Shown here one piece after another: positions 29,921 to 39,051 of a stretch of DNA of 64,000 nucleotides. The stretch covers positions 2,243,261 to 2,307,260 of the forward strand of contig JACKID010000001.1 in the NCBI GenBank assembly GCA_020638675.1, read 5' to 3'. Below the pieces are notes generated by a model. It saw only the letters and a list, made by a program, of their open reading frames with translations, did not search any database and was not told the DNA's origin. Made by a program: the position numbers and the translations under genes. Position 1 is the stretch's first letter. Every line of letters begins with the position of its first letter. Source of the stretch: Planctomycetota bacterium. Lineage in GTDB: Bacteria; Planctomycetota; UBA8742; UBA2392.

Positions 29921-30199
29921 ATCTGGTCGACCTCGCTCTCGATCGCCGCATCGAGTGAATCGAACATGCCCAGCCCCTTGGTCTCCATCATATGCCGCGA
30001 CGGGCCCGGACTCCGGACGTCGTAGAGGTTGCACATATGAAGGATGTTACTTCCATGGCGCGCGTGGGCGCAATGTGACACGCATGCAATCTAGTGTCGC
30101 AGCCTAGCGAATGTTACATCTCTCCCCACTATTGCAACACGCCCTACCTTTCGTGTATGACCTGTTCCCCACACTCCCAAAGTTCAGGAGGACACAAGA

Positions 30200-30472
30200 A
30201 TGCCAGGAGAAGATGCCGAGCACATTAACAGGGTGTTTGTCGCCAACGACGCGAACCACCGCATTCCGGTGGAGGTGCCGTCGCTCGACGTTGGGTTGAA
30301 GTCCGGTGCAATGAACCCGTTCAAGGCTGGGAGCAAAGTATCCGTTCAAGGCGACGGTGAGTACGAGGTCGTCGCCACCAGCGGAGACTACGTCCTGATC
30401 AATGGCAAGTGGTGGTATGTGCCCCACCTGATGCAATTCGGCTTCAATAACTACTACATGACAATCAAGTAG
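30200..30472 (+). CDS. Hypothetical small protein (90 aa) in a lower-GC islet
   Basis: Strong AGGAGG SD 6 nt before the ATG. Local GC is noticeably lower than the surrounding DNA. A perfect 10-bp hairpin (CCGTCCGCTG/CAGCGGACGG, 30492-30515) follows the stop. Confidence 0.55.
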   Translation: MPGEDAEHINRVFVANDANHRIPVEVPSLDVGLKSGAMNPFKAGSKVSVQGDGEYEVVATSGDYVLINGKWWYVPHLMQFGFNNYYMTIK

Positions 30473-30567
30473 GCCCTGATGATTACCAGCAACGCCGTCC
30501 GCTGTTGGCAGCGGACGGTGATTGCACAGAGTAGCCAGCGGGTCGCACCGGAGCGACCAGATCATGG

Positions 30568-31170
30568 CTACCCCCGCGCTGGGCGCCGCTTCGAAACCGT
30601 ACCCTCTGGTGGTTCATCCCGCGGCTGCGTTGAAGCCCCATCGCCCTCGTCCAGCTGGCGGCGAATTCTCTCTTTGACTTCGACTGGAACGCGTGACGTG
30701 GAGCCAGTCCTTCGGTAGTTCCTTCGTTCTCGCGCCACAGCCGTGTATACACCGTCGACGATTTGGCTAAAGCGGCCCTGGAACTCGTCGCTCTCTCCTA
30801 TTGCCAGCCACGCATCCGTTACGCGCCAGCGAGCCGTGGCCATAGTCGTTCGGCTCACCAAGCCCAGCACGTTGAGGTATGCCAGAGAATACTCAGCTGC
30901 GAGCTTCCAGCCCTCCGATGGCTCGTCTTGGTCGTCTCCATACTCGCCGGCCAAGAAGCTCGCTACATCGACGGCTAGCAACTCTCCACGCATTCTCTGC
31001 AGGTAGGTCAAAACCGCGACCAGACCGTTCGACAAGGTGTCGAGAACGGCGTTGACCTCGTGGCCACTGGGCTCGCTGGTCGCCTTCTTGGCTCGCAGTT
31101 GCTTCGCCGCTTTGGTGAGGTAGCCGAACCAAGTGAGAACGGCCTCGGCAATGATCATTGGCTCTGCCAT
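30568..31170 (-). CDS. Hypothetical protein (~200 aa) in a lower-GC islet
   Basis: ATG at 31170 preceded by AAGGGA. This is the C-terminal, realistic part of an 847-aa ORF-track entry whose upstream portion is antisense to real plus-strand genes. Confidence 0.5.
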   Translation of the reverse strand: MAEPMIIAEAVLTWFGYLTKAAKQLRAKKATSEPSGHEVNAVLDTLSNGLVAVLTYLQRMRGELLAVDVASFLAGEYGDDQDEPSEGWKLAAEYSLAYLNVLGLVSRTTMATARWRVTDAWLAIGESDEFQGRFSQIVDGVYTAVARERRNYRRTGSTSRVPVEVKERIRRQLDEGDGASTQPRDEPPEGTVSKRRPARG

Positions 31171-31479
31171 GTTGTCCCTTTCCGATGTCGATTGACGCGC
31201 AACTATACACATCTCACCCCTGCGCCTGCAGTCAGGATTCGGCCCGTACTTCAACCCATGCGCGGCGTAGTGGTCTCCCAGTTTCCAGGCAAATGGGTGC
31301 ATCTTGGCAGAAGCGCTCAATGTAGTAGAGCTCGGCCGTGACGTCGGCGACGTGACTCTGCCTTCGAACGTTGAAAAGAAGATGAGCGTTTCGAGCGCCG
31401 TACAGGACGCAAGATAGAAGTTGGTGCGCCCCACGGGTTTACAAACGGTAGGATGCGGGCGAGATTTGGGTGGAGACTG

Positions 31480-32244
31480 ATGGCTGTCAGCCGGGAATCG
31501 ATTGTGTCGGCCTGTCGGAAGGCGCTGGAGGGCATACCCTCTGTGCAGGCCGCGTTTGTAGCGGGCAGTTCGGCGTTTGGACGAGAGGACGAGTGGTCGG
31601 ACATTGACCTGTGCTGTGTCGGGCCACAGTCGGAAATCGCGGCAGTGTACGATGCGCTGGAGTCGGGGCTGGAAGGCCTGTCCCCCATCGCGCTGAAGCT
31701 GGAAATGCCGCCGAGTGCCATGTGGCCCGGGCTGAGCCAGCGTTTCTACCGGCTGCGAGACACCGACGAATTCCTGATGATCGACTTCTGCCAGCTCACG
31801 CCCGAGCAGGTGGTGACGTTCATGGAGCCGCAGCGCCACGGCACGCCGGTCGTGCTGTTCGACCGTTCGGGCATCATCAAGCCGGCGCCTCTGGAAGCCG
31901 ATCACCACGAACGCCTGAAAAACCGCATCGAATGGCTGCGCAAGTCGTTCCCCATGTTCCAGAACCTGGTGCGCAAGGCCGTGCTGCGCGGCGACCTGAT
32001 CGAAGCCAAGGCCGTCTGGATGTCGCACAGCATGCGCCCGCTGGTGGATGCACTGCGCGCGCGCCACAACCCCGAACGGTTCGACTACGGCTTCCGCTAC
32101 ACACTGCACGACCTGCCGCACAAAGTAGCCAAAGAGCTCGAAGCCATGATGTGGCCCAAGGACGCCGAGGACCTGCTGTCCAAGCTGGACGTCGCGGCCG
32201 AGCTGTTCGACAGCACCATCGAGGCACTCTCGGCCGACCTCTAG
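31480..32244 (+). CDS. Nucleotidyltransferase-domain protein (ANT/LinB-like minimal NTase fold)
   Basis: GGAGA SD. The GSSAFGREDEWSDIDLCCV motif matches the polymerase-beta-type NTase signature [G]S...D.D. Confidence 0.6.
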   Translation: MAVSRESIVSACRKALEGIPSVQAAFVAGSSAFGREDEWSDIDLCCVGPQSEIAAVYDALESGLEGLSPIALKLEMPPSAMWPGLSQRFYRLRDTDEFLMIDFCQLTPEQVVTFMEPQRHGTPVVLFDRSGIIKPAPLEADHHERLKNRIEWLRKSFPMFQNLVRKAVLRGDLIEAKAVWMSHSMRPLVDALRARHNPERFDYGFRYTLHDLPHKVAKELEAMMWPKDAEDLLSKLDVAAELFDSTIEALSADL

Positions 32245-32262
32245 CCTTGCTAGATTGTCGCG

Positions 32263-33195
32263 ATGGTCGGAATTGACGACATTCGCAACGCCGCTGAGCG
32301 CCTGAAAGGGCTGGCGCACGTGACGGCGGTGCATACGTCGCGCATGGTGGATGCGCACTGCGGCGCGTCGGTGTTCTTCAAGTGCGAGAACTATCAGCGC
32401 GTGGGCGCGTTCAAGTTTCGCGGCGCCTACAACGCGCTGTCGCGGCTTCCCAAGGGGGCGGGCGTGCTGACCTACAGCTCGGGCAACCATGCGCAGGCGA
32501 TTGCACTGGCGGGCTCGCTGCTGGGGATACCCACGCTGATCGTCATGCCCGACGACGCACCTGCCGTGAAGCAACGCGCGACGCGTGAGTACGGCGCGGA
32601 GATTGTCCTGTACGACAAGCACACGACCACACGCGAAGAACTGGGCGCCAGGCTCGCACAGGATCGCGGGCTGACCGTCGTGCCGCCATACGACCACGCC
32701 GACATCATCGCAGGTCAGGGAACGGTCGCGCTGGAACTTCATGAACAAGTGTCGGAAATGGACGTACTGCTCGCACCCTGCGGCGGTGGCGGGCTGCTGT
32801 CCGGCAGCGCGATTGCAACCAAGGCGCTGCGGCCGAATTGCAGAGTCATCGGCGTCGAGCCCGCGGCCGCCGACGACGCTACACGCTCGTTCAAGACCGG
32901 TGAGCTTCAGTGGGTACACAACCCGGACACGATCGCGGATGGCGCGCGTACACCGTCGCTCGGCAAGCTTACGTTTCCGATCATTCGGGAGCTGGTGGAC
33001 GACATGGTCACAGTGGACGATGCCGCCATCATCACGGGCATGCGATTCATCTGGGAGCGCATGAAACTGGTCGTCGAGCCGACCGGCGCGCTCGCCTATG
33101 CGGCTCTGCACTCAGGCAGGCTGAAGTTTCCCGGCAAGAGGGTAGGCGTGATAATCAGCGGCGGAAACGTAGACGTCGCCGCCCTGCCGTGGTAG
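32263..33195 (+). CDS. PLP-dependent threonine/serine dehydratase family enzyme (threonine ammonia-lyase / serine racemase-like)
   Basis: PLP-lysine motif FKCENYQRVGAFKFRGAYNA and a glycine-rich GGGGL loop. 310 aa with no ACT regulatory domain. Confidence 0.8.
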   Translation: MVGIDDIRNAAERLKGLAHVTAVHTSRMVDAHCGASVFFKCENYQRVGAFKFRGAYNALSRLPKGAGVLTYSSGNHAQAIALAGSLLGIPTLIVMPDDAPAVKQRATREYGAEIVLYDKHTTTREELGARLAQDRGLTVVPPYDHADIIAGQGTVALELHEQVSEMDVLLAPCGGGGLLSGSAIATKALRPNCRVIGVEPAAADDATRSFKTGELQWVHNPDTIADGARTPSLGKLTFPIIRELVDDMVTVDDAAIITGMRFIWERMKLVVEPTGALAYAALHSGRLKFPGKRVGVIISGGNVDVAALPW

Positions 33196-33213
33196 CGACC
33201 GCGCAACCGAGCA

Positions 33214-35505
33214 TCAGTTGCCGCTGAGCGCCAGTTCGCGCTTCCGTTCCTTGAGTTCGTCCGGCAGAAGCCCGGTGACGCGAAGGCGATCGATCCACAT
33301 CTTCATGATCTCCCACCGGCCTTCGTCGCGTGCCCATTTTGCGCGCTCATTGGCGGACTCTGCCCTCAGGCTCAGGCCCTCTTTGTTGCCTGCTTCGAGC
33401 GCAAGTACGGCCCCGCCCTTGTCGTAGGCTTCTTCAAAGTCCTGGTACCCGAACAGCAGGTCGGCCTTGCCCTTGTTCATTGCGGCGTGGCCTTCTTCGA
33501 GCAGTCTCTCGCGCTGCTCTCTTAGCGCGGTTTCCTGGGCAGACTTCGCGCGCATCTTGCGAACATCATCGGCGGCTGTCTCCACGGCCGCCAGCCCGTT
33601 GGTGGCCGTCTGGTCGCCTTCATTCACGGCGATGACTTTCTGGAACAGGTTCTTGGCCTCGTCGATCTTCAACTCGGCCTCGCGGAACTTGCCATCCTTT
33701 GCCAGCGGCTCCCACTCCTGCATCAGGGCCTGCGCGTCATCGTTCAGCCCGAGGATCTTGTCCTGGTCGAGCTTCTTGATGTACCAGAGCGTGCCGAGGA
33801 TGCCGCCGACCACCAGCAGCAGTGTCGCCGCGACGCCGAGGACTTCCTTGCGGTTTCGGCCGATCCACTTCATGGCCAGGCGCAGGGCCGAGTATTCGAC
33901 CGAGCCCATGGCCCGGCCCTCGATGAAGTTGCGGACGTTCTCGGCCAACTCCGCCACGGTATCGATGCGGTGTTCGGGCTCTTTCTCAAGGCACTTCAGC
34001 GCAAGGCGCTCAAGCTCTGCGGGGACTTCGATTTCCGGGTTGCGCTCGCGCGGCTTGACGGGCGTCATTTCGCGCACCTGCTCAAGCACCTCGTCGCTGG
34101 ACTTGCCGGTCCAGGGCGAACGCAGGCAGAGCATCTCGTACAGGATGACGCCCATGCTGAAGATGTCGCTGTGGTGGTTGATCGCGTCGATGTCACCCTT
34201 GGCCTGCTCAGGCGACATGTAGCTGGGCGTACCGATGATCGCGCCCATCATCGTCTGCGACGCACCCATATCGAGGCGGTCGGTCAGCACAATGTTGCTG
34301 TCGCTGCTGCTGCGGAACTGGCGCCCGATGACCTTGGCCACGCCCCAGTCCATCACCTGCACTTCGCCGAATCGGCCTACCATGATGTTGGCGGGCTTCA
34401 GGTCTCGGTGGATCACGCCGCGGTTGTGGGCAAAGCTCATGCCTTCGCAAATCTTGATGAAGGTATCGAGCAGCCGCATGAGGTCGAACTCGCGCCTCAT
34501 GTCGCGGTTGCCCTCTCGCAGTCGCAGCAGGACTTCCGCGAGACTCAGGCCTTCGACGAATTTCATGGTGAAATACAGATTGCCGGCGCCGTCGACGCCC
34601 ATTTCGTGCACCGGCACGATGTTGGGGTGTTCGAGCTGGCCGGTGATCTGCGCTTCTTCCAGGAAGCGCTCGACAACGTCGCGACGCCCGAGTAATTCCT
34701 TGCGCAAGACCTTCAATGCGACGCTGCGACGCAGCTCGGTGTCTTCGACCTCGAGCACTTTGCCCATGCCGCCGCGCGCGATCTCACGCACTACCACATA
34801 ACGCTTCTTGTCGGTCGTCGCATCAGGCTGATATTGCGCGAGCGACGACTGCATCTTGTCGCTCAGCAGCTTAACGCCTTCGTCTATGCCGATTTTCTGA
34901 CGCACCTGCGCGATCGTCATTTCGCTGGCGGCAATGATGGTGCCCGCCGGCACTTCCTTGTCGTCGCGGCTCAGGGCGTCCGTGTCGCGGTGCAGGTTCC
35001 AGCCGCTCGCCTTGCCGGCGCCGGTGCTGCGCGCGGTGGTACTCTTTCCCGCATTGCTGTCTTCCACGGGACGTGTGGTGGGCCTGCGCGCTTCGTCGAT
35101 TCCGCTGGTCGGGCGCTTGTCGGTCGGCGTCGTGCTGCGATCCACCGCGTCGGTCGGGCGGCGATCGGTGGGGCGATTGGATTGCTCCACGGGGTTCGTC
35201 GGGCGGCGATCGGTGTGTCGGCCGGTCTGGCGCTGTGGCGCACGCCCTGTCTCCTCGTCGCCCATGTCCGGAAGCAGGGTGGGCTCGGACAGCACGCCCA
35301 TCATGGCGTCATACAACTGGTCGGCATGCGTCTTCGTCAGGTGACCCTTGTGGATCACCAGCTCGTGCATGGTCATCTTCTTCTGGGTGGCCTTGCGACG
35401 GCGCAACTCAGAACGCAGCGTCTCGGCCTCGAGGGCCGATACGTGCCCGCGCTCGTGCACGAAGTTCAGGAACGCTTCGTCGATTTCGGCCTGGGTGTTT
35501 GGCAT
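33214..35505 (-). CDS. Hanks-type Ser/Thr protein kinase with a long C-terminal transmembrane plus coiled-coil/TPR-like region
   Basis: Kinase subdomains are present (GGMGKVL, VALKVL, HRDLKPANIM, DWGVAK, and APE-like SPEQ). A TM helix precedes the C-terminal ~250 aa. Confidence 0.85.
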   Translation of the reverse strand: MPNTQAEIDEAFLNFVHERGHVSALEAETLRSELRRRKATQKKMTMHELVIHKGHLTKTHADQLYDAMMGVLSEPTLLPDMGDEETGRAPQRQTGRHTDRRPTNPVEQSNRPTDRRPTDAVDRSTTPTDKRPTSGIDEARRPTTRPVEDSNAGKSTTARSTGAGKASGWNLHRDTDALSRDDKEVPAGTIIAASEMTIAQVRQKIGIDEGVKLLSDKMQSSLAQYQPDATTDKKRYVVVREIARGGMGKVLEVEDTELRRSVALKVLRKELLGRRDVVERFLEEAQITGQLEHPNIVPVHEMGVDGAGNLYFTMKFVEGLSLAEVLLRLREGNRDMRREFDLMRLLDTFIKICEGMSFAHNRGVIHRDLKPANIMVGRFGEVQVMDWGVAKVIGRQFRSSSDSNIVLTDRLDMGASQTMMGAIIGTPSYMSPEQAKGDIDAINHHSDIFSMGVILYEMLCLRSPWTGKSSDEVLEQVREMTPVKPRERNPEIEVPAELERLALKCLEKEPEHRIDTVAELAENVRNFIEGRAMGSVEYSALRLAMKWIGRNRKEVLGVAATLLLVVGGILGTLWYIKKLDQDKILGLNDDAQALMQEWEPLAKDGKFREAELKIDEAKNLFQKVIAVNEGDQTATNGLAAVETAADDVRKMRAKSAQETALREQRERLLEEGHAAMNKGKADLLFGYQDFEEAYDKGGAVLALEAGNKEGLSLRAESANERAKWARDEGRWEIMKMWIDRLRVTGLLPDELKERKRELALSGN

Positions 35506-35613
35506 TCAGCCCGCCTGGTGCCAACGTCATAACCATTGTGTCGGACGGATCATACCGTTACCCCCCGACAGTGGGGATGGCAAATTCCTGTGAAATGCCC
35601 AATTCACGTGCGA

Positions 35614-38493
35614 TTAGTCGCTATTGGGCATAAGCTCCGCCAGAATCGTTGCAACCTCTTTCGCCGTAAGGGCGAATGTCCGCGTGCGGTCCGCGCGTGC
35701 GATGTTCAGCCCCACCAGGTTGCCCCTCAGGTCAAACACTGGGCAGCCCTGCTGTGACGGCAATGTCACACCGTCGTGCTGGATGACCTTCCCGAGGTGC
35801 GTGTAGCGGTCGTTGATAGGACCTTTCACGTTCGGGCGTCCCCCACCCGGAGGCGGCGGCGGGGCGTCTTCCTCGGCAAGCTCGACGTCCAACCGAGTTT
35901 CCTTGCCGTCGCGCAGCATCACGATCCCCACTGTGTCGCCGATTTTGTGGGCCTTGACCGCGTCGTCGATGTCGCGTTGCTCGGTCACGTCCTTGTCGTC
36001 GATCTTGAGCAGGATTTCGCCGCTGCTGACGCCGGCCAGCTCAGCCGGTGAGCCCGGCTTCACGTACCCGACCTGCACCCCTTTGCCTTCGGGCGCAGCC
36101 TTGGATTGGAAGATGCCGAGTTCCGGCTTGCCGGTACCCTTGCTGGGCACTTTCTGTCCCAGCGCTTCGGCGCGCGCCACGAGCTGGATTTCCAGGTCGA
36201 GCGTTTGATCGCCGCGCTTTACCGACAAGGTCACCTTGTCGGTCGGCTTGCGCCCGCGGATCATTGCGATCAGCCCGTTCCAGTCGTCCACGGTCTGGCC
36301 GCTCATCTTGAGCACGATGTCGCCGACCTTCACACCGCCCTTGTCCGCGGGCATGTCGGACGTGACGCTGGTGACTTCCGCGCCGCCGCCGTCGGCGTCC
36401 TTTGCCGAGATGCCGAGGAACGGGCTGTTCGGGTCCGGCTGGCCGGCGATCTTGTCGCTGTCGTACGGCGGAAGCGCGACGAACCCGTGCGCAAAGCAGT
36501 CGCCGTGCGCGTCCACACTGGCGAGCATCGTGCCGATCATCGGGAAGTCTTCCGTCGTGGTCCCCGCTTTGAAGTCGATCCACTTGGTGAACTTGCGGTC
36601 GCACTTCAGCAGCGCGATGTCGTGGCGGTCGTTGCGCCCCGCCACCTTGGCTTCGAAGCCGGTCGTGCCATCCAGCAGCTCGATCTTTTCCGCCTCGTCG
36701 ATCTCGCTGGCTTTGGTCACGAGGTAGCCGTCCTTGCCGACGACTGTGGCGAACGCGACCTGCTTGCCCTTCTGCTTGACCGGGAAGACGGTGCCCTTGG
36801 CTTTGCTTTCGAGCAGCTTGGCCCACAGCACCAGCAGATGGCTGCCCTGCTTCCAGTCATCGCGCGGGAGGCTGCCGTCGCCGCTGTCTTCGCCCCCTAC
36901 GTCGCCGGTGGAATAGCTGAACTTGATGCGCTCGCGCGAGTAGCCGCGCTTAACCTCAAACTCCGTCTCGCTATTGCCGTCGATCATCATCATCGCGTTC
37001 GCGAAATCAAGCGCGCCATCGATGTCGAGGTCGCCGACTTTCACGATCACGTCGTCCTCGCGCAGCCCGGCGTTGAACGCCAGTCCGCCTTCCATCAGCT
37101 CAATGATGCGCGCCCCGCCCTGGCCGAAAATGCGTGCGCCGAACGCCGGAACGCTGAGGTGCAGCACCTGCCGTTTCCCGCCGCGGCTGATCTTGATCTC
37201 CTGCTCTTCGACGATGCCGCGCGAAATCACCCATTCGACCCAGTCGGTTGCCTTCTCGACCTTGTCGCGATCCACGCGCTCGATGATGTCGTTGGCCTCG
37301 AACCCCGCCTTGCCGGCCGGTGAGTTCGGCAGCACGTCGTCCACTCGCACGCCCTTGTAGGACCGCACTGCCATACCCACGACGGGCCGTTTGCTGGCGC
37401 GGCGCCCGTTCTTCATCCACTCCTTGAAGTCGTCGCGGTCGCGCACGGGGTCGAGGTCCGTGTCCTGGCCCGCGTGGTCCATGTCGCGCCAGCCGGCTTC
37501 CGTGGACCGCTGCAGCGCGGAGATTGCCTTCTTGGCGGCTTCCTCGGCTTCCTTGCCCTTGAGCTCGGCCGAGTAGAGCGAATAGGCACAGGCCGCGTTG
37601 TACAGTACATCTGCTGTGCGCTTCTCGGGCTTGAGCAGGTCGTCAAACAGCTTGCACGCACGCTTCAGATCACGGTCCTGCAGCGCCTTTACGGCGTCCT
37701 GGTAGGTCTTCACTTCCTTGCCGGTCAGCTCGCCTTCGACCGGGACACGGTTGCCCTTGCCCCAACTGGGGTTGGTCGCGTTGCCGAAGGTCTTGCCGGC
37801 CTTCAGATCTTCCATCATCTCTTTCATCGCCTTGACCGGCGTGACATTGTTGATGGAGACGTTGTTGGTCTGGATGGACTGATTGATCGCGACCATGTTG
37901 CCGTCCAGGTCGAATACCGGGCCGCCTGAGTCACCGCTGATTACCGGCGCGTCCGTCACGATCATCCCGCGCCCGTTGTCCGGCGCGAGGCACCGGCCTG
38001 CACGCACGACCGGGTCGCGCCCGGCCTCGGGGCCCAGCGGGTGGCCCATCGGGATCAGCCACTGCCCGGCCTTAACCTTGTCGGAGTCCCCCAGAGGACA
38101 GAACGGAACTTTGGCCCCTTTGGTGTCCGCCTTGATGAGTGCGTGGTCGAAGTCTTCGTTCCAGCCGCAGGTGACGGCATCCAGCATTTCGCCGCCGAAC
38201 AGGACGATGCGGCACTTGGTGCCGACCTTGGGCCCGGTGACGTGACCGCAGGTCGAAATCCAGCCGTCGTCGCTGATGAAACAGCCTGAGCCGGACGAAT
38301 TGCTCATGCGCACGCCAACGACCGCGGGCCGCACTTTCGCGGCGACGGTCTGGATACGGCGTTCCAGTTGCAGATAGTCGTCAAACTTGCTGACTGGCTG
38401 CTCGGGCGCTGACTGCGCGCGCGTGAGAGACAGCAGACCGACGGCCGTGAGCACGACGGACGCCAGAAAAAATCGGGTCCCGATCTTCTTCAC
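35614..38493 (-). CDS. Large secreted trypsin-like serine protease with multiple PDZ domains (HtrA-related, 959 aa)
   Basis: Signal peptide. The first trypsin-like catalytic core contains GDSGGP (TDAPVISGDSGGPVFDLDGNMVAI), followed by further, possibly degenerate, trypsin-like segments and several PDZ-like GxGV motifs. Confidence 0.78.
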   Translation of the reverse strand: MKKIGTRFFLASVVLTAVGLLSLTRAQSAPEQPVSKFDDYLQLERRIQTVAAKVRPAVVGVRMSNSSGSGCFISDDGWISTCGHVTGPKVGTKCRIVLFGGEMLDAVTCGWNEDFDHALIKADTKGAKVPFCPLGDSDKVKAGQWLIPMGHPLGPEAGRDPVVRAGRCLAPDNGRGMIVTDAPVISGDSGGPVFDLDGNMVAINQSIQTNNVSINNVTPVKAMKEMMEDLKAGKTFGNATNPSWGKGNRVPVEGELTGKEVKTYQDAVKALQDRDLKRACKLFDDLLKPEKRTADVLYNAACAYSLYSAELKGKEAEEAAKKAISALQRSTEAGWRDMDHAGQDTDLDPVRDRDDFKEWMKNGRRASKRPVVGMAVRSYKGVRVDDVLPNSPAGKAGFEANDIIERVDRDKVEKATDWVEWVISRGIVEEQEIKISRGGKRQVLHLSVPAFGARIFGQGGARIIELMEGGLAFNAGLREDDVIVKVGDLDIDGALDFANAMMMIDGNSETEFEVKRGYSRERIKFSYSTGDVGGEDSGDGSLPRDDWKQGSHLLVLWAKLLESKAKGTVFPVKQKGKQVAFATVVGKDGYLVTKASEIDEAEKIELLDGTTGFEAKVAGRNDRHDIALLKCDRKFTKWIDFKAGTTTEDFPMIGTMLASVDAHGDCFAHGFVALPPYDSDKIAGQPDPNSPFLGISAKDADGGGAEVTSVTSDMPADKGGVKVGDIVLKMSGQTVDDWNGLIAMIRGRKPTDKVTLSVKRGDQTLDLEIQLVARAEALGQKVPSKGTGKPELGIFQSKAAPEGKGVQVGYVKPGSPAELAGVSSGEILLKIDDKDVTEQRDIDDAVKAHKIGDTVGIVMLRDGKETRLDVELAEEDAPPPPPGGGRPNVKGPINDRYTHLGKVIQHDGVTLPSQQGCPVFDLRGNLVGLNIARADRTRTFALTAKEVATILAELMPNSD

Positions 38494-38623
38494 GCTATCC
38501 TCCGGTTTTGGTGCTTGTGGACGCTTACGTCTTTATACAAGCCTATACGTACAAGTGGGATGCGAGAGGGTCACCTTACCGGCTTTGGCATCCCGGGATA
38601 TCACCGCCAGCTAATGGATTTTC

Positions 38624-39049
38624 ATGGCTACCATCTACCTGATCCGGCACGCCGAGGCCGACTACGAGTGGCACGGGCCTGACAGCGGGCGCCCGCTCTC
38701 TGCCCGCGGCGTCAAACAGGCACGCTGGATGGCCAGACGGCTGGCGGGGATCAAGCCTTCAGAGCTGCGGACCGCGCCTCACCAGCGCTGCCGGCAGACG
38801 GCGGCTGAACTCGGGCAAGTGCTCGGTATCAAGCCCGAAGTCGATGACCGGCTTCACATCGCACGCAGCTTCCGCGTGACCATTCCACCCGACGTCGCGG
38901 TCTGGGTTTCGCACAGCAACAATATTCCCGGCGCTCTCGAGGCCCTGGGCGTGCCATGCAACGCGTGCGGCCACGCCTCTGCATGGGTCGTAAAGTTCGA
39001 CGACGCGGGCGAAGTCGCAAGCTACGACTACATCGAGCCGGAGGTCTAG
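38624..39049 (+). CDS. Histidine phosphatase superfamily protein (SixA-like)
   Basis: N-terminal LIRHAEA (RHG-type motif). 141 aa. Confidence 0.7.
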   Translation: MATIYLIRHAEADYEWHGPDSGRPLSARGVKQARWMARRLAGIKPSELRTAPHQRCRQTAAELGQVLGIKPEVDDRLHIARSFRVTIPPDVAVWVSHSNNIPGALEALGVPCNACGHASAWVVKFDDAGEVASYDYIEPEV

Positions 39050-39051
39050 CC

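Noticed and set aside
31171-33111. N-terminal ~650 aa of the 847-aa minus-strand ORF 30568-33111
   Set aside because: This portion is antisense to two well-supported plus-strand genes (the nucleotidyltransferase and the PLP dehydratase). Only the C-terminal 200 aa (30568-31170), with its own SD-ATG, is retained as a gene.
36106-37323. 405-aa plus-strand ORF inside the protease gene
   Set aside because: Antisense artefact. The minus frame carries the signal peptide, GDSGGP and PDZ motifs.
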